From Octopus vulgaris (lineage: Eukaryota), in contig OX597822.1 in the NCBI GenBank assembly GCA_951406725.2, positions 2,666,001 through 2,730,000 on the forward strand: DNA of 64,000 nucleotides, written 5' to 3'. The notes beneath the pieces were generated by a model that saw only the letters and a program-made list of their open reading frames with translations, was not told the origin of the DNA and ran no database searches. This document shows positions 12,601 to 26,999 of this stretch, piece by piece. The position numbers were made by a program, and so were the translations under genes. The first letter of the stretch is position 1. Every line of letters starts with the position of its first letter.

Positions 12601-13058
12601 ACGCTATCGATGTGTACGTCAACGATAGCATTAAAGTCCCCTAATATCACTAAAGTCTTCGACGTCACGAGAAAGCCCTCTAGGCGCCGATAAAAATCAG
12701 TTTGGAAACCTCTAGCACAAGGTGCATAGAGTCCGATCAACCTGAAGGCCTTACTGCTCTATGTCACATCAAGGACGACCAGCCCACCTTCTGGGTCTAC
12801 ATAGACTGTACTTGTCTGTAGAGCGAAGTCTTTACGGATCAGTACCACTACGCCCCCTCGCCCTCCGGTCTGGCCAGGAGACATGATTTTCTCGTAGCCA
12901 TTCAGGAGAGGCGAGAAGGTTTGTAGGCTGTCCAGCTTGGTCTCTGTAGCAACCATCACATGTATATCATGTGATCTGAGGTCGTCGAGGAAACAAGCCT
13001 GCTTCCACTTCGAACTCAGACCACGCACATTTAAACAACCAAGGTTAAGCGAAGCCAT
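9657..13058 (-). pseudogene. Tx1 ORF2, copy 3
   Basis: All APE, RT and zinc-finger motifs present; TAG at 12759-12761; +1 indel near 9975. Confidence 0.92.
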
Positions 13059-13222
13059 TACAAAAAGTAAAAGTTCTACTTACATTTCGTTGGAGAGGTG
13101 GGGGCCGACCTCACCACACATTTGTGGGCCCCTTCTTTCTCCTCTTTCTTCAGATAGTCCGGCAAGTTCGCGATATGCCGGATGGCGTTTGGGTGTCTGT
13201 CTTTTAATTGTTTGAACGTTGT

Positions 13223-14476
13223 TTATGCAATCCACGCGTGTCTATTTCGATCTTTGTATTTGTTGTACAGTCTTGCTGACTGATGCTGAACCACAATATC
13301 ATTTATGTATTTGTCTTGTGTGTCGAATTCAATTAATATGAGTTCATTTTCTTTTTTGTCTTCTTTTTCTGGGCCTGTTGAGCGGGATTTTTTTCCGTGT
13401 CTGTGGTGTGTCTTTGTTTTTATTATTTTTTGTAGGGGATGTGGACGGGGATGCTGCACGAATTCTTTTACGAACTGGTGTAAATCCCCCTCTGATACCT
13501 CCATGGTATCGTCTGGGGTGGCAATGGTTTGTTCGGTAGGCGCCGCAGTTTTTAGTGGGGTGGGAGATTTTAATAGTGTAGGGGTTTGTGAGTGCGAGGG
13601 CTGGGTTTTTTCTTCAGTCTGTTTTGGGGTTGGCACCGTAACAGCGGGAGTGGGATTTTTTGTTTTTGTAGGGGTAGGTGTGTTTGCAAGGGTAGGAACT
13701 TTTTTATTATCTGAGGGGCCTGGTGTCTGCGGTTTCTTTTGCTTGTCTGGACAGTCTACACGAATGTGGCCCTTTTTGCCGCAGGCGTAACAGGTGGGTT
13801 TTCGGCCTTCGACCTGTACCCTGAGGGCTACGTTCTCGCCCACGAGCACCCTCTCAGGAAGGAGCTGCAGGTCCTCCGCTGTTCCTTGAATTAATATATT
13901 AATGTTACGCCCGAGCCAAAATCGAGGGGTAGAGCATGTTACTTCTAGTATTTTTATTTTGTTCGCCCTTTTATATAACAGGGCGGCCACTACCTCTACC
14001 GGATCTACTTCCGGCGGGGCTTCAACAATCCTGACCCGGGACGTCCTGCGTCCCCTATAGCTTGGGAAAAGTACCACCTCCTTGGTTTTTAGGGGGTTCA
14101 CAGAATGCCCGCGGGCCATTTCTTCCCCCGAGAAGCGGACATCCACAGTGCCATATGCCCGTCCCCTGGCGACGTACACGATGTCCTTCCAAATCGGGGA
14201 CAGGCATTTCTCGATGGTGCTTTTTTCAAAGTGTTTGAACCTTCTGCTTTGTGGACAGAAAGTTTTAAACACTACGGTCCGCTTCTCGGTCTCCACGATA
14301 CTGGCGGAGGGTGATATTTTAACATCACCACCCTCCTCTTGCATTCTTTTAAATAGCTCGACGAGCTGGTTGACATCGATGTCAATTTTCTCGGTAGCCA
14401 CTGCGGCTACCTCAGAAAATTTTTTAACATTGCTCTCCTCAAGAGCACTACTTTCGTGAATAATTTCAACAGACAT
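13223..14476 (-). CDS. Tx1 ORF1, copy 3
   Basis: CCHC knuckle; C-terminus differs from copy 1 because of a C-run indel near 13490. Confidence 0.78.
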   Translation of the reverse strand: MSVEIIHESSALEESNVKKFSEVAAVATEKIDIDVNQLVELFKRMQEEGGDVKISPSASIVETEKRTVVFKTFCPQSRRFKHFEKSTIEKCLSPIWKDIVYVARGRAYGTVDVRFSGEEMARGHSVNPLKTKEVVLFPSYRGRRTSRVRIVEAPPEVDPVEVVAALLYKRANKIKILEVTCSTPRFWLGRNINILIQGTAEDLQLLPERVLVGENVALRVQVEGRKPTCYACGKKGHIRVDCPDKQKKPQTPGPSDNKKVPTLANTPTPTKTKNPTPAVTVPTPKQTEEKTQPSHSQTPTLLKSPTPLKTAAPTEQTIATPDDTMEVSEGDLHQFVKEFVQHPRPHPLQKIIKTKTHHRHGKKSRSTGPEKEDKKENELILIEFDTQDKYINDIVVQHQSARLYNKYKDRNRHAWIA

Positions 14477-14866
14477 TATTCTGTTGAAATTAGACAACAC
14501 AAAAATTACGAGTATTGGTTTCCCACAAAACTGGGAAACCTATAGAAAGTTTTTCTTCCAAAGTAGTTAAAAAAAGCAGTTCAAAAATTCCAATTCCCAC
14601 CCCCATTCGGGGGAGGGGCACGAAAATAGTCTGGCAGGACTATGTATAGTCACGTAAATAAAAAGCCAGAATGGCTAACAGTTCAACGGTAAGAAATTAT
14701 TCAATTATTTCCCGGTAAAAACCGGAGAACAAGACAGTTCAGCAACGTTTAAAGGCAAATTTTCAGTAGTAGGAATTCAACAATTAACAACACAGCAAAA
14801 CTCTTACCGGGAAGAAAACGCGTCCAAACCGTAGTACGGTAGGCAAAGTCACTCTTCTGTCAGTGA

Positions 14867-14905
14867 GGTTAGCAAAGCTACTTACCACACAGCCACTCCT
14901 GCGTC
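14867..14905 (-). mobile_element. 5' head remnant of tRNA-derived SINE-B interrupted by the Tx1 array
   Basis: GCTACTTACCACACAGCCACTCCTGCG matches the intact SINE head at 21757-21795; A-box-like TGGCTGTGTGG on minus strand. Confidence 0.85.
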
Positions 14906-15072
14906 TTAGATGGATAAATGTTTGTGTGATGATGTATGTGGCATATATATATGTATGTGTTTTCTGATTAAACGGTTTGTAAAAGTATTTTTCAGAGTGT
15001 AGGCATGTGCGTGTGTGTATGCGTTTGTAAACTGATGTATTTTTTCTGCAATATATATATATATATATTATC

Positions 15073-15298
15073 TTTATTAGCCACAAGGGGCTAAACACAG
15101 AAGGGACAAACAAGGTCAGACAAAGGGATTAAGTCGATTACATCGACCCCAGTGCGTAACTGGTACTTAATTTATCGGCCCCGAAAGGATGGAAGGCAAA
15201 GTCGACCACGGCGGAATCTGAACTCAAACGTAACGGCAGACGAAATAAGGCTACGCATTTCGCCCGGCGTGCATAGATTACCGCCAGCTCGCCGCCTT
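15073..15298 (-). mobile_element. SINE-A (tRNA-derived, Tx1-like 3' tail)
   Basis: Head GGCGGCGAGCTGGC, B-box-like GAGTTCAGATTCC, GTCGAC core, tail TTTGTCTGACCTTGTTTGTCCC...AATAAA. Confidence 0.85.
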
Positions 15299-15319
15299 AT
15301 TTATATATTTATATATAAA

Positions 15320-17010
<1,691 letters not shown>

Positions 17011-17554
17011 TATGTATCATCATTACCTTGTTAAGTGGGATTCCCAAATGTCACACTGAACTTGTGCAAAATATTTCTAGTGTCCATTGTTTATTCGATA
17101 TAAATAATACACCTTTGGGAATTCAGCATAACTCTTGTAGGCTCAATCTGAAACGAAAACCGCAACGCATTTCCGTTTTATTCATTGGGTGTGATACAAT
17201 TTTATTGGTTTCTTTCGATTCGGTAAGCAGAAGATTGTGTTGGTGTTATTTAATTTGACAGCGACGATCAAATGAATCTAAGACTAATGGCTTTACAGCC
17301 AGGACCACTTGAAGTTTTTTTTTTTTTTCTGTCAAAAATGCATGAACGGGCATATTTTCCCATATACCCTTTTATAGTTTAAAAAAAAAATTTTTTTCAA
17401 AATGTTTATTCGGTATATAAATATATAAATATATACGTAACCCTTATATATATATAAATATATATATAAATATATAAATATATACGTAACCCTTCACTCT
17501 GCAACTTTCAAAGGAGCTGAATCAAGGCCAAGTGCATAACGTTTATATATATGT

Positions 17555-17750
17555 TGATTCGCTAGCCTCTGCACGCATTTTTTTCTCTCCTTCTTTCTGT
17601 GTTTCTTCTCTGTGTATCTTTCTGTTGAAGAGCGTAGGCTCGAAACGTAAAAGACTTGTTTTATTTATATGCCTGAGCGCCATACTAATACAATTGTTTG
17701 CTTGTATTCCACCTGCCTTCGTCTTTTGTTTATTTTCATAAAGCTTCCCG

Positions 17751-17752
<2 letters not shown>
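17555..17752 (+). mobile_element. Short Penelope-type element with minimal hammerhead-like motif (family H1)
   Basis: TCTTT-CTGTTGA-AGAGCGTAGGCTC-GAAACGTA-AAAGA at 17617-17654; ends in (TA)n; homologues at 54225, 55262, 61893. Confidence 0.6.
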
Positions 17753-17788
<36 letters not shown>

Positions 17789-18039
17789 GTGCTAGAAAGA
17801 TGCTGGTTTGGGGTAAAAGAAAATGAGGATCAGTCAATTATGAGTTTATTCAACACTTTTCCCTTTCAGATTCACACACTTATTGCAGCGGTCCTTCAGT
17901 TTTTCTAAGCACTGTAGAAGAACTCGGGGGGGGGGGGGGAAGAGGCTTCACCCAGGCCTTTCACGATATCCTTAAAGCTAGTAACGTTTCAATACCCCCT
18001 CGTATATATATATATTATTGTTTGTTTTATTGTATTTTG

Positions 18040-18485
<446 letters not shown>

Positions 18486-18734
18486 AAAATAAAATACATA
18501 CATATATATATATATATATATATTTATACTTATACATACATATGTGTGTGTGTGTCTGTCTGTCTGTAAGTCTGGGGCCCTAAACGTCTCTGCACCTCTT
18601 GCGTTCTTTTTTGATGACTAGTACCAGGATTTAGTGTGTTCCTTTGAGAATCTGTTTCTTTGTTTATAGCGTCAAGCGCAGGTCAAGCTTCGTATCATTG
18701 CCTGTTATTCTTCTCAAATTTCCCTCCAACTAGC

Positions 18735-18784
<50 letters not shown>

Positions 18785-19162
18785 ATTTCTTTGATTTTAT
18801 TTTCCTTGCAATTTATTTGTCTTACCGTGTGTCAACAAGCATATCTCACAAACGTACACCGTACACGAAATCCTACATTTTTACCATAAGAATTCTAAAG
18901 AATTTGTCGCAAATTGTTTAGTTTATTTCTAGTTATCGAAATATTGGTTTCAGGCAAACTATATCTAGATATAAAATACACGACCCACCTCTATGTACCA
19001 TGTCAGATTCCTGGGTAGTCTTACAGAATAATTCAAAGCAATATCATTCTCACACGTAAGTCAAAATAAAATGTTAAAATAATCAGTCACATAGCTTCAC
19101 ATTCCTTATCAAATACCGATGACTTTGACAGCTACTATCTTTTTAATCTTTAATCTTTCATT

Positions 19163-19465
19163 TTTTACTTGCTTCAGGCATTTGACTACGGCACATCCTG
19201 AAGAAAGTTTAGTCGACCCCAGTGACTTTTGTTTCATAAGCCCGATACTTATTCTATCGGTTACTTTTGCCAAAACGCTAAGTTATGGGGACGTAAACAC
19301 ACCCACACCGGTTGTCAAGTGGTGGTAGGGACAAACACAGCCACAAAGACAAACACACCCACACACAGACACATACACATTCATTCCCACCTATACACAG
19401 ACACATGCACATTCACACTCACCCACACACTGCACGGTGTTTTCAGCTTCTGTCTACCAAATCTA
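19163..19465 (-). mobile_element. SINE-B, degenerate, lacking head
   Basis: Similar to 21405-21795 (TACTTATTCTATCGG, GCTAAGTTA, TCTACCAAAT). Confidence 0.7.
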
Positions 19466-20190
19466 TTCCCATGGGAAATAACTTTATCCTGTCGACGATA
19501 ATGTCAGCGCTGGATTCCAACAGAAGGCAGCCACAACATGTTTCCATCCATTCTAGATTTCGTAATCGACTGTTGTTTCTTGATCAAGTCGTTAACCCTA
19601 GCTATGAGTGAGAGTTAAATCTCGGCGGAATTTGAATTCACAACTCAAATAATCAGAATATATGCTCTGATATGTTCGTTAATCCACCGTCTTCAACCTG
19701 TGCTTTAACTCTTGCCTCTGAGCATGACGAAAGCAAGGAGGCACACTGTGGCATCTGAACTCAGAGCGCGCAGACAGTCAGCAAACGGAAAATTTTCAAA
19801 TGACAATCTAGTCCATCTGTCGAGTTTAACGTTGTCCAAGGAATTATTAAAAAAAAAAATAAGCATCCCAATATACATATGAATCTATAAAAATGGATAA
19901 AAGGACAAAAAGAAAGACAGAAAGGAAAATAGAGGGAAAGAAAGAAAAGGAAATCAAGAGAAAGGGACCTGAAAGTTATATTCGTTCATTGGCGATGATT
20001 GAAGACAGTGACTAGGATTACTTGAGACTACTTCGAGAGAGAATGCATCCATGCAATGGGTCAGAGAAATTGTCCTATTCCTATGCCCCTAACGATTCTA
20101 CCATCAGAATGAATTGAAGCGAACTTCATTAAATTTGGAATTGAGCAAAAGTATATAAAGCTAAATCTTTGATAATATTTGCCATAAAGA

Positions 20191-20765
20191 AGGTGGCGAG
20201 CTGGCAGAAACGTTAGCAGGCCGGGCGAAATGCTTTGCGGTATTTCGTCTGCCGCTACGTTCTGAGTTCAAATTCCACCAAGGTCGACTTTCGGGGTCGA
20301 TAAATTAAGTACCAGTTACGCACTGGGGTCATTGTATTCGACTTAATCCCTTTGTCTGTCCTTGTTTGTCCCCTCTATGTTTAGCCACTTGTGGGCCATA
20401 AAGAAATAAGAAACGTTAGCACACCGAGCGAAATGCTTAGCAGTATTTCGTCTACCGCTACGTTCTGAGTTCAAATTCCGCCGAGGTCGATTTGCCTTTC
20501 ATCCTTTCGGGGTCAATTAAATAAATACCAGTTACACACTGGGGTCGATATAATCGACTTAATCCGTTTGTCTGTCCTTATTTGTCCTCTGTGGGTAGTA
20601 AAGAAATAGGTATTTCGTCTGTCTTTACGTTCTCAGTTCAAATTCCGCTGAGGTCGACTTTGCCTTTCCTCATTTGGGGTCGATAAATGAAGTACTGCGG
20701 TCGATCTAATCGACTGGTCCCATCCCCCAAAATTCCGAGCCTTGTTCCCAGAGTAGAAATGAATA
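20191..20765 (+). mobile_element. SINE-A trimer (three head-to-tail monomers)
   Basis: Three CGTTCTGAGTTCAAATTCC...GTCGAC-type cores; monomers 1 and 2 end in the Tx1-like tail plus TAAAGAAATA. Confidence 0.85.
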
Positions 20766-21087
20766 TTTGCCTTAAAGACGGCATCATAAAAGAAGTCTTT
20801 ACATGAAATCTTAAATCCAGTTTGCTCCATTTATCATAGTCTTCGCTTGACTCAATATTACTTCATCGATATCATAAAATGACATTGATTGGTCATTATT
20901 GTTATTGTTGTTGCTGCTGTAAATTTGTTGTCAATAATCCTGCCAATACAATAAAGCCAAGTGTAGGATTTCTTCCTAACCTATTGACCTTCGATCTCTA
21001 ACGATTTCTCTGATTTTATAATTCACTAATTCTCTGGAATTCGGATATTAATGCTGGGCATGAAGCAGAGGGTCGGTGGTTTAGAAG

Positions 21088-21400
21088 CAGCGGGTTGGCA
21101 GAATCGTTTGCTTGCTGGGTAAGATGCTTAACGATATTGTGCCCGTCCTTTCTGCCGAGGCCGACTTTGACTTTCATCATTTCGGCTTCGATAAATTAAG
21201 TACCAGTTGCGTACTGAGGTTGATCTAATCGACTGGCCCCCCTCCCCCAAGATTTCGGGCTTTGTATCTGGAGTAGAAAAGTATATTTTGCCTGCCTTTA
21301 CGTTCTGACTTCAAATTACACCGAGTTCGACTTTACCTTTCATCCCATTCGGGGCTCATGAAATAAGTACCAATTGAGCACTGGGATTTCAGGCCCTGTA
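21088..21400 (+). mobile_element. SINE-A-related copies, degenerate
   Basis: GACTTTGACTTTCATC, TAAGTACCAGTTG, CGTTCTGACTTCAAAT motifs. Confidence 0.7.
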
Positions 21401-21404
21401 TCGA

Positions 21405-21795
21405 TACTCTTTACTCTTCTACTTGTTTCAGTCATTTGACTGTGGCCATGATGGAACACTGCCTTTAGTCGAGCAAATCGACCCCAAGACTTAGTCTTTG
21501 TAAGCCTAGTACTTATTCTATCGGTCTCATTTGCCGAACCGCTAAGTTACCAGCATCGGTTGTCAAGCGATTTTGCGGGGAGAAACACAGACACACAAAC
21601 ACACACACACACACACACACATACATATATACGACAAGCTTCTTTCAGTTTCCGTCTACCAAATCCACTCACAAGGCTTTGGTCGGCCCGAGGCTATAGT
21701 AGAAGACACTTGACCAAGATGCCACGCAGTGGGACTGAACCCCGAACCATGTGGTTGGTAAGCAAGCTACTTACCACACAGCCACTCCTACGTCT
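21405..21795 (-). mobile_element. SINE-B, full length (tRNA-derived head, internal (CA)n, CR1-like tail)
   Basis: A-box TGGCTGTGTGG and B-box GGTTCAGTCCC on minus strand; many copies in window. Confidence 0.88.
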
Positions 21796-22187
21796 ATAGT
21801 AGAAATAATTATTATTATGATTATTATTGTTCAACATTTGCTAGTTTGAGGCAAATTTCTACTGCATCACCTGCTACACCCCCGTGTAACTGGGAGGGTG
21901 CAGCATTGTGTATTCTTTCCTGCTGTAGGGTGTGCACAACCTCTTCCCAATATTGTATTGTGCTACTGTGTTCTCTTTCTTGAGGTGTGGTGCAGTCTTT
22001 TGTTGTATTACTGCTTGTATTTTGTGTTAAATTCTTTGGTTAATTTTCTTGCTGGTGGAAGTTTATTTTATTGAACAGTTGCTGTATAGAATGTCTTGTA
22101 CTTGTGGGTTATTTTGCTTAGGTTGTATTATTGAACTGAAAGTGTAGTGTTGAGGATCCAGGTATAGCTTCGACGTTTTTGCTCATA

Positions 22188-22650
<463 letters not shown>

Positions 22651-22682
22651 ATTGTTTTGGTTTATTGTTATTTTTATTATTA

Positions 22683-22726
<44 letters not shown>

Positions 22727-22741
22727 GTTATTATTGTTATT

Positions 22742-22809
<68 letters not shown>

Positions 22810-22832
22810 CATCATCATCATCATCATCATCA

Positions 22833-22894
<62 letters not shown>

Positions 22895-23733
22895 GTTATT
22901 ATTATTATCATAGCTTTCACCCTAAACCTGTTCGTATTTCACGCTTGATTCAAATTCACTCAATTCTCTGTAAATACTGACATCGTTATTTTTACTCATC
23001 GATTCAGGTCAACTGTGTGAGTCGATGAAGCGGCTGATATCTTGTTTATTTTTAAACGTTGGTTCAACTAAAAATCTCCTATATCGGTTTATATTTCTGT
23101 TGCTTCGCTTTCTTTTCTATTGAACTCTTTATCATTCATTCAAGCCAATACTATTGGATCGACATATCTGTAAAAATAAAACAGATACTTTTTCTGGTTC
23201 TCTCTTCCAATATCGGAAACAGTTGTACTTGTTGTAGTTGTTTTTGCTACTGCAGCTGTTGTTGTTGTTGTTGTTTTTGATGTTGATGATGTTGATGTTG
23301 ATGATGATGCTGTGAGACAATTATGTGATTAGATTTAAAATAATGGCACCAGACATTAGGGCGGTGAAAGGTAAACTTTATGAAACGACGGATTTATATC
23401 TTGCAATCTTACATTATGTTCCTTTTACGTGTTATTTCTAGCCCTCGTAATTGTGAATTTTGTTTTCAATCCTGGAGAGGAGGTGGGTAGATGCCGAGAG
23501 AAATCAACAACTACAGCCATGCCGCAAAAGGTGCGACCTTGACCTTATTTTGAAAAAAAGTGTTATTTTATAAAGGAAGAACACCCCGTCTATTTCTTTA
23601 CCTACCTATCTGTCAATTCATTTTTATAGTATTCTCTTTCTCTGTATATATACAAGTAACCACATTCACACTCTCTCTGCCTTTCTCTCTCTCCCTCTCT
23701 CTCTCTCCCTCTCTCTCTCTCTCTCTCACACAG

Positions 23734-23860
<127 letters not shown>

Positions 23861-23899
23861 CATACACACAAACACACACACACACACATATATATATAT

Positions 23900-23944
<45 letters not shown>

Positions 23945-24489
23945 CATACACACACACACACATATATATATGTATATATTATATTATATTATATTATATT
24001 ATATTATATTATATTATAATTCGCAACCTTACAACCTAAAAGCATAAATATATATTAAAATGAACAAAGGCACTAGTCAGTATTAGTATTGCTAGAAATA
24101 AGAGTCGAAACGACTTAGTAGCCACAAAAGCACTATCTTAATCAGCTGATAAGGGTGATAAGCTCTCTACGGTCGCCAATAGAACCAGATCACCGATGAT
24201 TTCGTACTTTGATACCTGACCCATCTTTAATGCCCATCTGTGGCCCTTATCGCACCTAAGCTTGAACTCCTCTCACCTTGTTAGTTTATAAGATTTCAAT
24301 TGAAATCAGACGCTAATTTCATAAACGGTAAAAATGAAAATTATAAATAATATGGGTGGCTAATTCGCAATTTTACAACCTAAAGGCAGGAATCTATAAG
24401 TCACTAAAGTGGACAAGGACACTGATGAGTACCAGTATTGCTAGAGGTAATAGTAAAGACAACTCAATAGCCACAAAAGCACTATCTTA

Positions 24490-24900
24490 TTTCTTTATTG
24501 TCCACAGGGGGCTAAACATAGAGGGGACAAACAAGGACAGACAGACGGATTAGGTCGATTATATCGACCCCAGTGCGTAACTGGTACTTATTTAATCGAC
24601 CCCGAAAGGATAAAAGGCAAAGTCGACCTCGGCGGGATTTGAACTCAGAACGTAACGGCAGATGAAATACCTATTTCGTTTACTACCCACAAGGGGCTAA
24701 ACACAGAGAGGACAAACAAGGACAGACAAACGGATTAAGTCGATTACATCGACACCAGTGCGTTACTGGTACTTATTTAATCGACCCCGAAAGGATGAAA
24801 GGCAAAGTCGACCTCTGCGGAATTTGAACTCAGAACGTAGCAGCAGACCCAATACCGCAAAGCATTTCGCCCAGCGTGCTAACCTCTCTGCCAGTTCGCC
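24490..24900 (-). mobile_element. SINE-A dimer with 20-bp TSD
   Basis: Two monomers with Tx1-like tails; GCCACAAAAGCACTATCTTA at 24470-24489 and 24901-24920. Confidence 0.88.
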
Positions 24901-25697
24901 GCCACAAAAGCACTATCTTAATGAATAAAAGTATGAATACCTTTATGTAATATCACATATGTACACACACACTGATATATACATATACAGGCATACATAC
25001 ATAAATACAAACGTAGAGACAAATACCGATATATCGGATGCTACACAGCAAACATTCTTGACTTATTAAAATTATCTTCACCTCTAAAGAACGTATCATA
25101 ATTACTAAATGCTATTAAAGCCTTGTGCCAATCGAGAATTCTCCTAAACTGACATACCTTTCAGGAAAAGGACGGGTTTATGGTCCGGAGAGATGAGATC
25201 GGACAATTGTCCTTCCGATGATAGCTACTGAGTCAGAAACCCGTGTCCACTACTGTCTTGTTATCTCTTGTCTCTTTCCTTCGACGCATATCAATTTTGG
25301 AGAAATTCTTTTGTTTTTGAGATTTACACTTCATAAATGAAGCTGGTCTTTGATTATAAATGTGTAATTGCGATATACGGTCCAGAGATAGAAATAACTA
25401 TAATGAGTCAAGAATTTGTTGAATGACATTCCAAATATCTGTGTTTATGTATGATATTCAAATAGAGGCCTCTGGCCACATCGAGTCATAACTCTTAGAT
25501 AACGCGCGTCTAAATTATGTGTGTGTGAGTGCGTGTGTGTATGTTTATGTTTGTATATATGATGTATCTGTGTCTATGTATATATGCGTTAATCTGTGGC
25601 TTTCATCTTAACAATAAAATTGCCCCTCTTGCCATTTCCCAGGATAGCTTGTATTTCTATTGTATATAAAGGCACGCCCATGTACAAGCGTTTAGAA

Positions 25698-25747
<50 letters not shown>

Positions 25748-25776
25748 ATATATATATATGTATATATATACATATG

Positions 25777-25814
<38 letters not shown>

Positions 25815-25873
25815 TGTGTGTGTATATATATGTATATATATATAGATAGCTAGCTAGATATATATATATATAT

Positions 25874-25916
<43 letters not shown>

Positions 25917-25930
25917 CACACACACATATT

Positions 25931-25994
<64 letters not shown>

Positions 25995-26148
25995 CATATT
26001 TTTGCGTGTGTGTATACATACACACACATATACTTTGTTTTTGTATTTATTTGGTTTGAGATAGCAAAATCCTTGATGTGAGTTCATGTGTTGAGACAAA
26101 TCTTATTGTCTCTTGGGAGGGTCATTACGCCAATGATGATAAGACACA

Positions 26149-26400
26149 TGCAATGGTTTAATGTCACTTCTTAATTGTAAGTCAATTGGTTAAATATCTA
26201 GCCGACTAACTAATCGATCGATTATTTAATGTGTTGGTTAAAAAATCAATTGTTTATCTGTTTGTCAATGGTGTCATTGATAAACGTCGACAAAAAAGCG
26301 GCGATTATTTCACCAACACATTAAGCAAACGATCGATTAGTTATTGTCTAGATATCTAATCAATTGTTAAACAATAAAGAAGTGATATTAAATCAGTGCA
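26149..26400. repeat. Imperfect fold-back palindrome (MITE-like)
   Basis: TTTAATGTCACTTCTT...CTAATCGATCG...TTAATGTGTTGGT mirrored by ACCAACACATTAA...CGATCGATTAG...AAGAAGTGATATTAAA. Confidence 0.7.
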
Positions 26401-26436
26401 TGTTATATTTGTCACAAGACACAACAATGTGTGTGA

Positions 26437-26471
<35 letters not shown>

Positions 26472-26475
<4 letters not shown>

Positions 26476-26702
26476 AGGGAACCATTATGTGGAAACCCTT
26501 ACGCTAGAAAAAGATCCGCTATGGTCTCAACCAATAAGAATTATTCTCCAGAAAATTTAGCACATCAGAAACGTAAGCGAGCAAGACAAACGTCGCTTAC
26601 GTTTCTGGTGTACTAAATTTTCTGGAGAACAATTCTTAGTGGTTGAAACCATAGCGGATTTTTTTCTAGCGAAAGGGTTTCCACATAGTGGTTCCCCCTT
26701 AT
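26472..26702. repeat. Fold-back palindrome with ~108-bp arms and 12-nt loop
   Basis: CAGAAACGTAAGCGA-gcaagacaaacg-TCGCTTACGTTTCTG centre; arms complementary to the ends; abuts (TA)n. Confidence 0.85.
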
Positions 26703-26821
26703 ATTTATGTATAAAATACTATTTACTGAATCTCAGTTTTTTTTTTATATTCTAGACCAATGGTGTTAAAATTGATGCTGTCAAATTAATATTCAATTTT
26801 TCACCCTCATTTTGATTTTAA

Positions 26822-26898
<77 letters not shown>

Positions 26899-26902
26899 TA
26901 GT

Positions 26903-26989
<87 letters not shown>

Positions 26990-26999
26990 GCATAAATAC

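Larger units (their letters stand above)
9429..14866 (-). mobile_element. Tx1-group non-LTR retrotransposon, array copy 3 (full length, 5'-most)
   Basis: 936-aa APE/RT ORF 9930-12740 plus N-terminal 99 aa at 12759-13058; ORF1 upstream. Confidence 0.95.

Noticed and set aside
5590-13495. Copy-specific frameshifts as programmed frameshifting
   Set aside because: They fall in homopolymers or short runs and differ among copies, so read error or decay is more likely.
32-14459. Plus-strand ORFs repeated in each array unit
   Set aside because: Antisense shadows of Tx1 ORF1/ORF2; they recur only because the units are near-identical.
3958-14883. Reading the array as an LTR element or CRISPR-like repeat
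   Set aside because: No LTRs or integrase; the units between 17-bp repeats are whole APE-RT LINEs in eukaryotic DNA.
25205-25255. CCGATGA...GAAAC hammerhead-like string
   Set aside because: Stems I and II do not pair convincingly.
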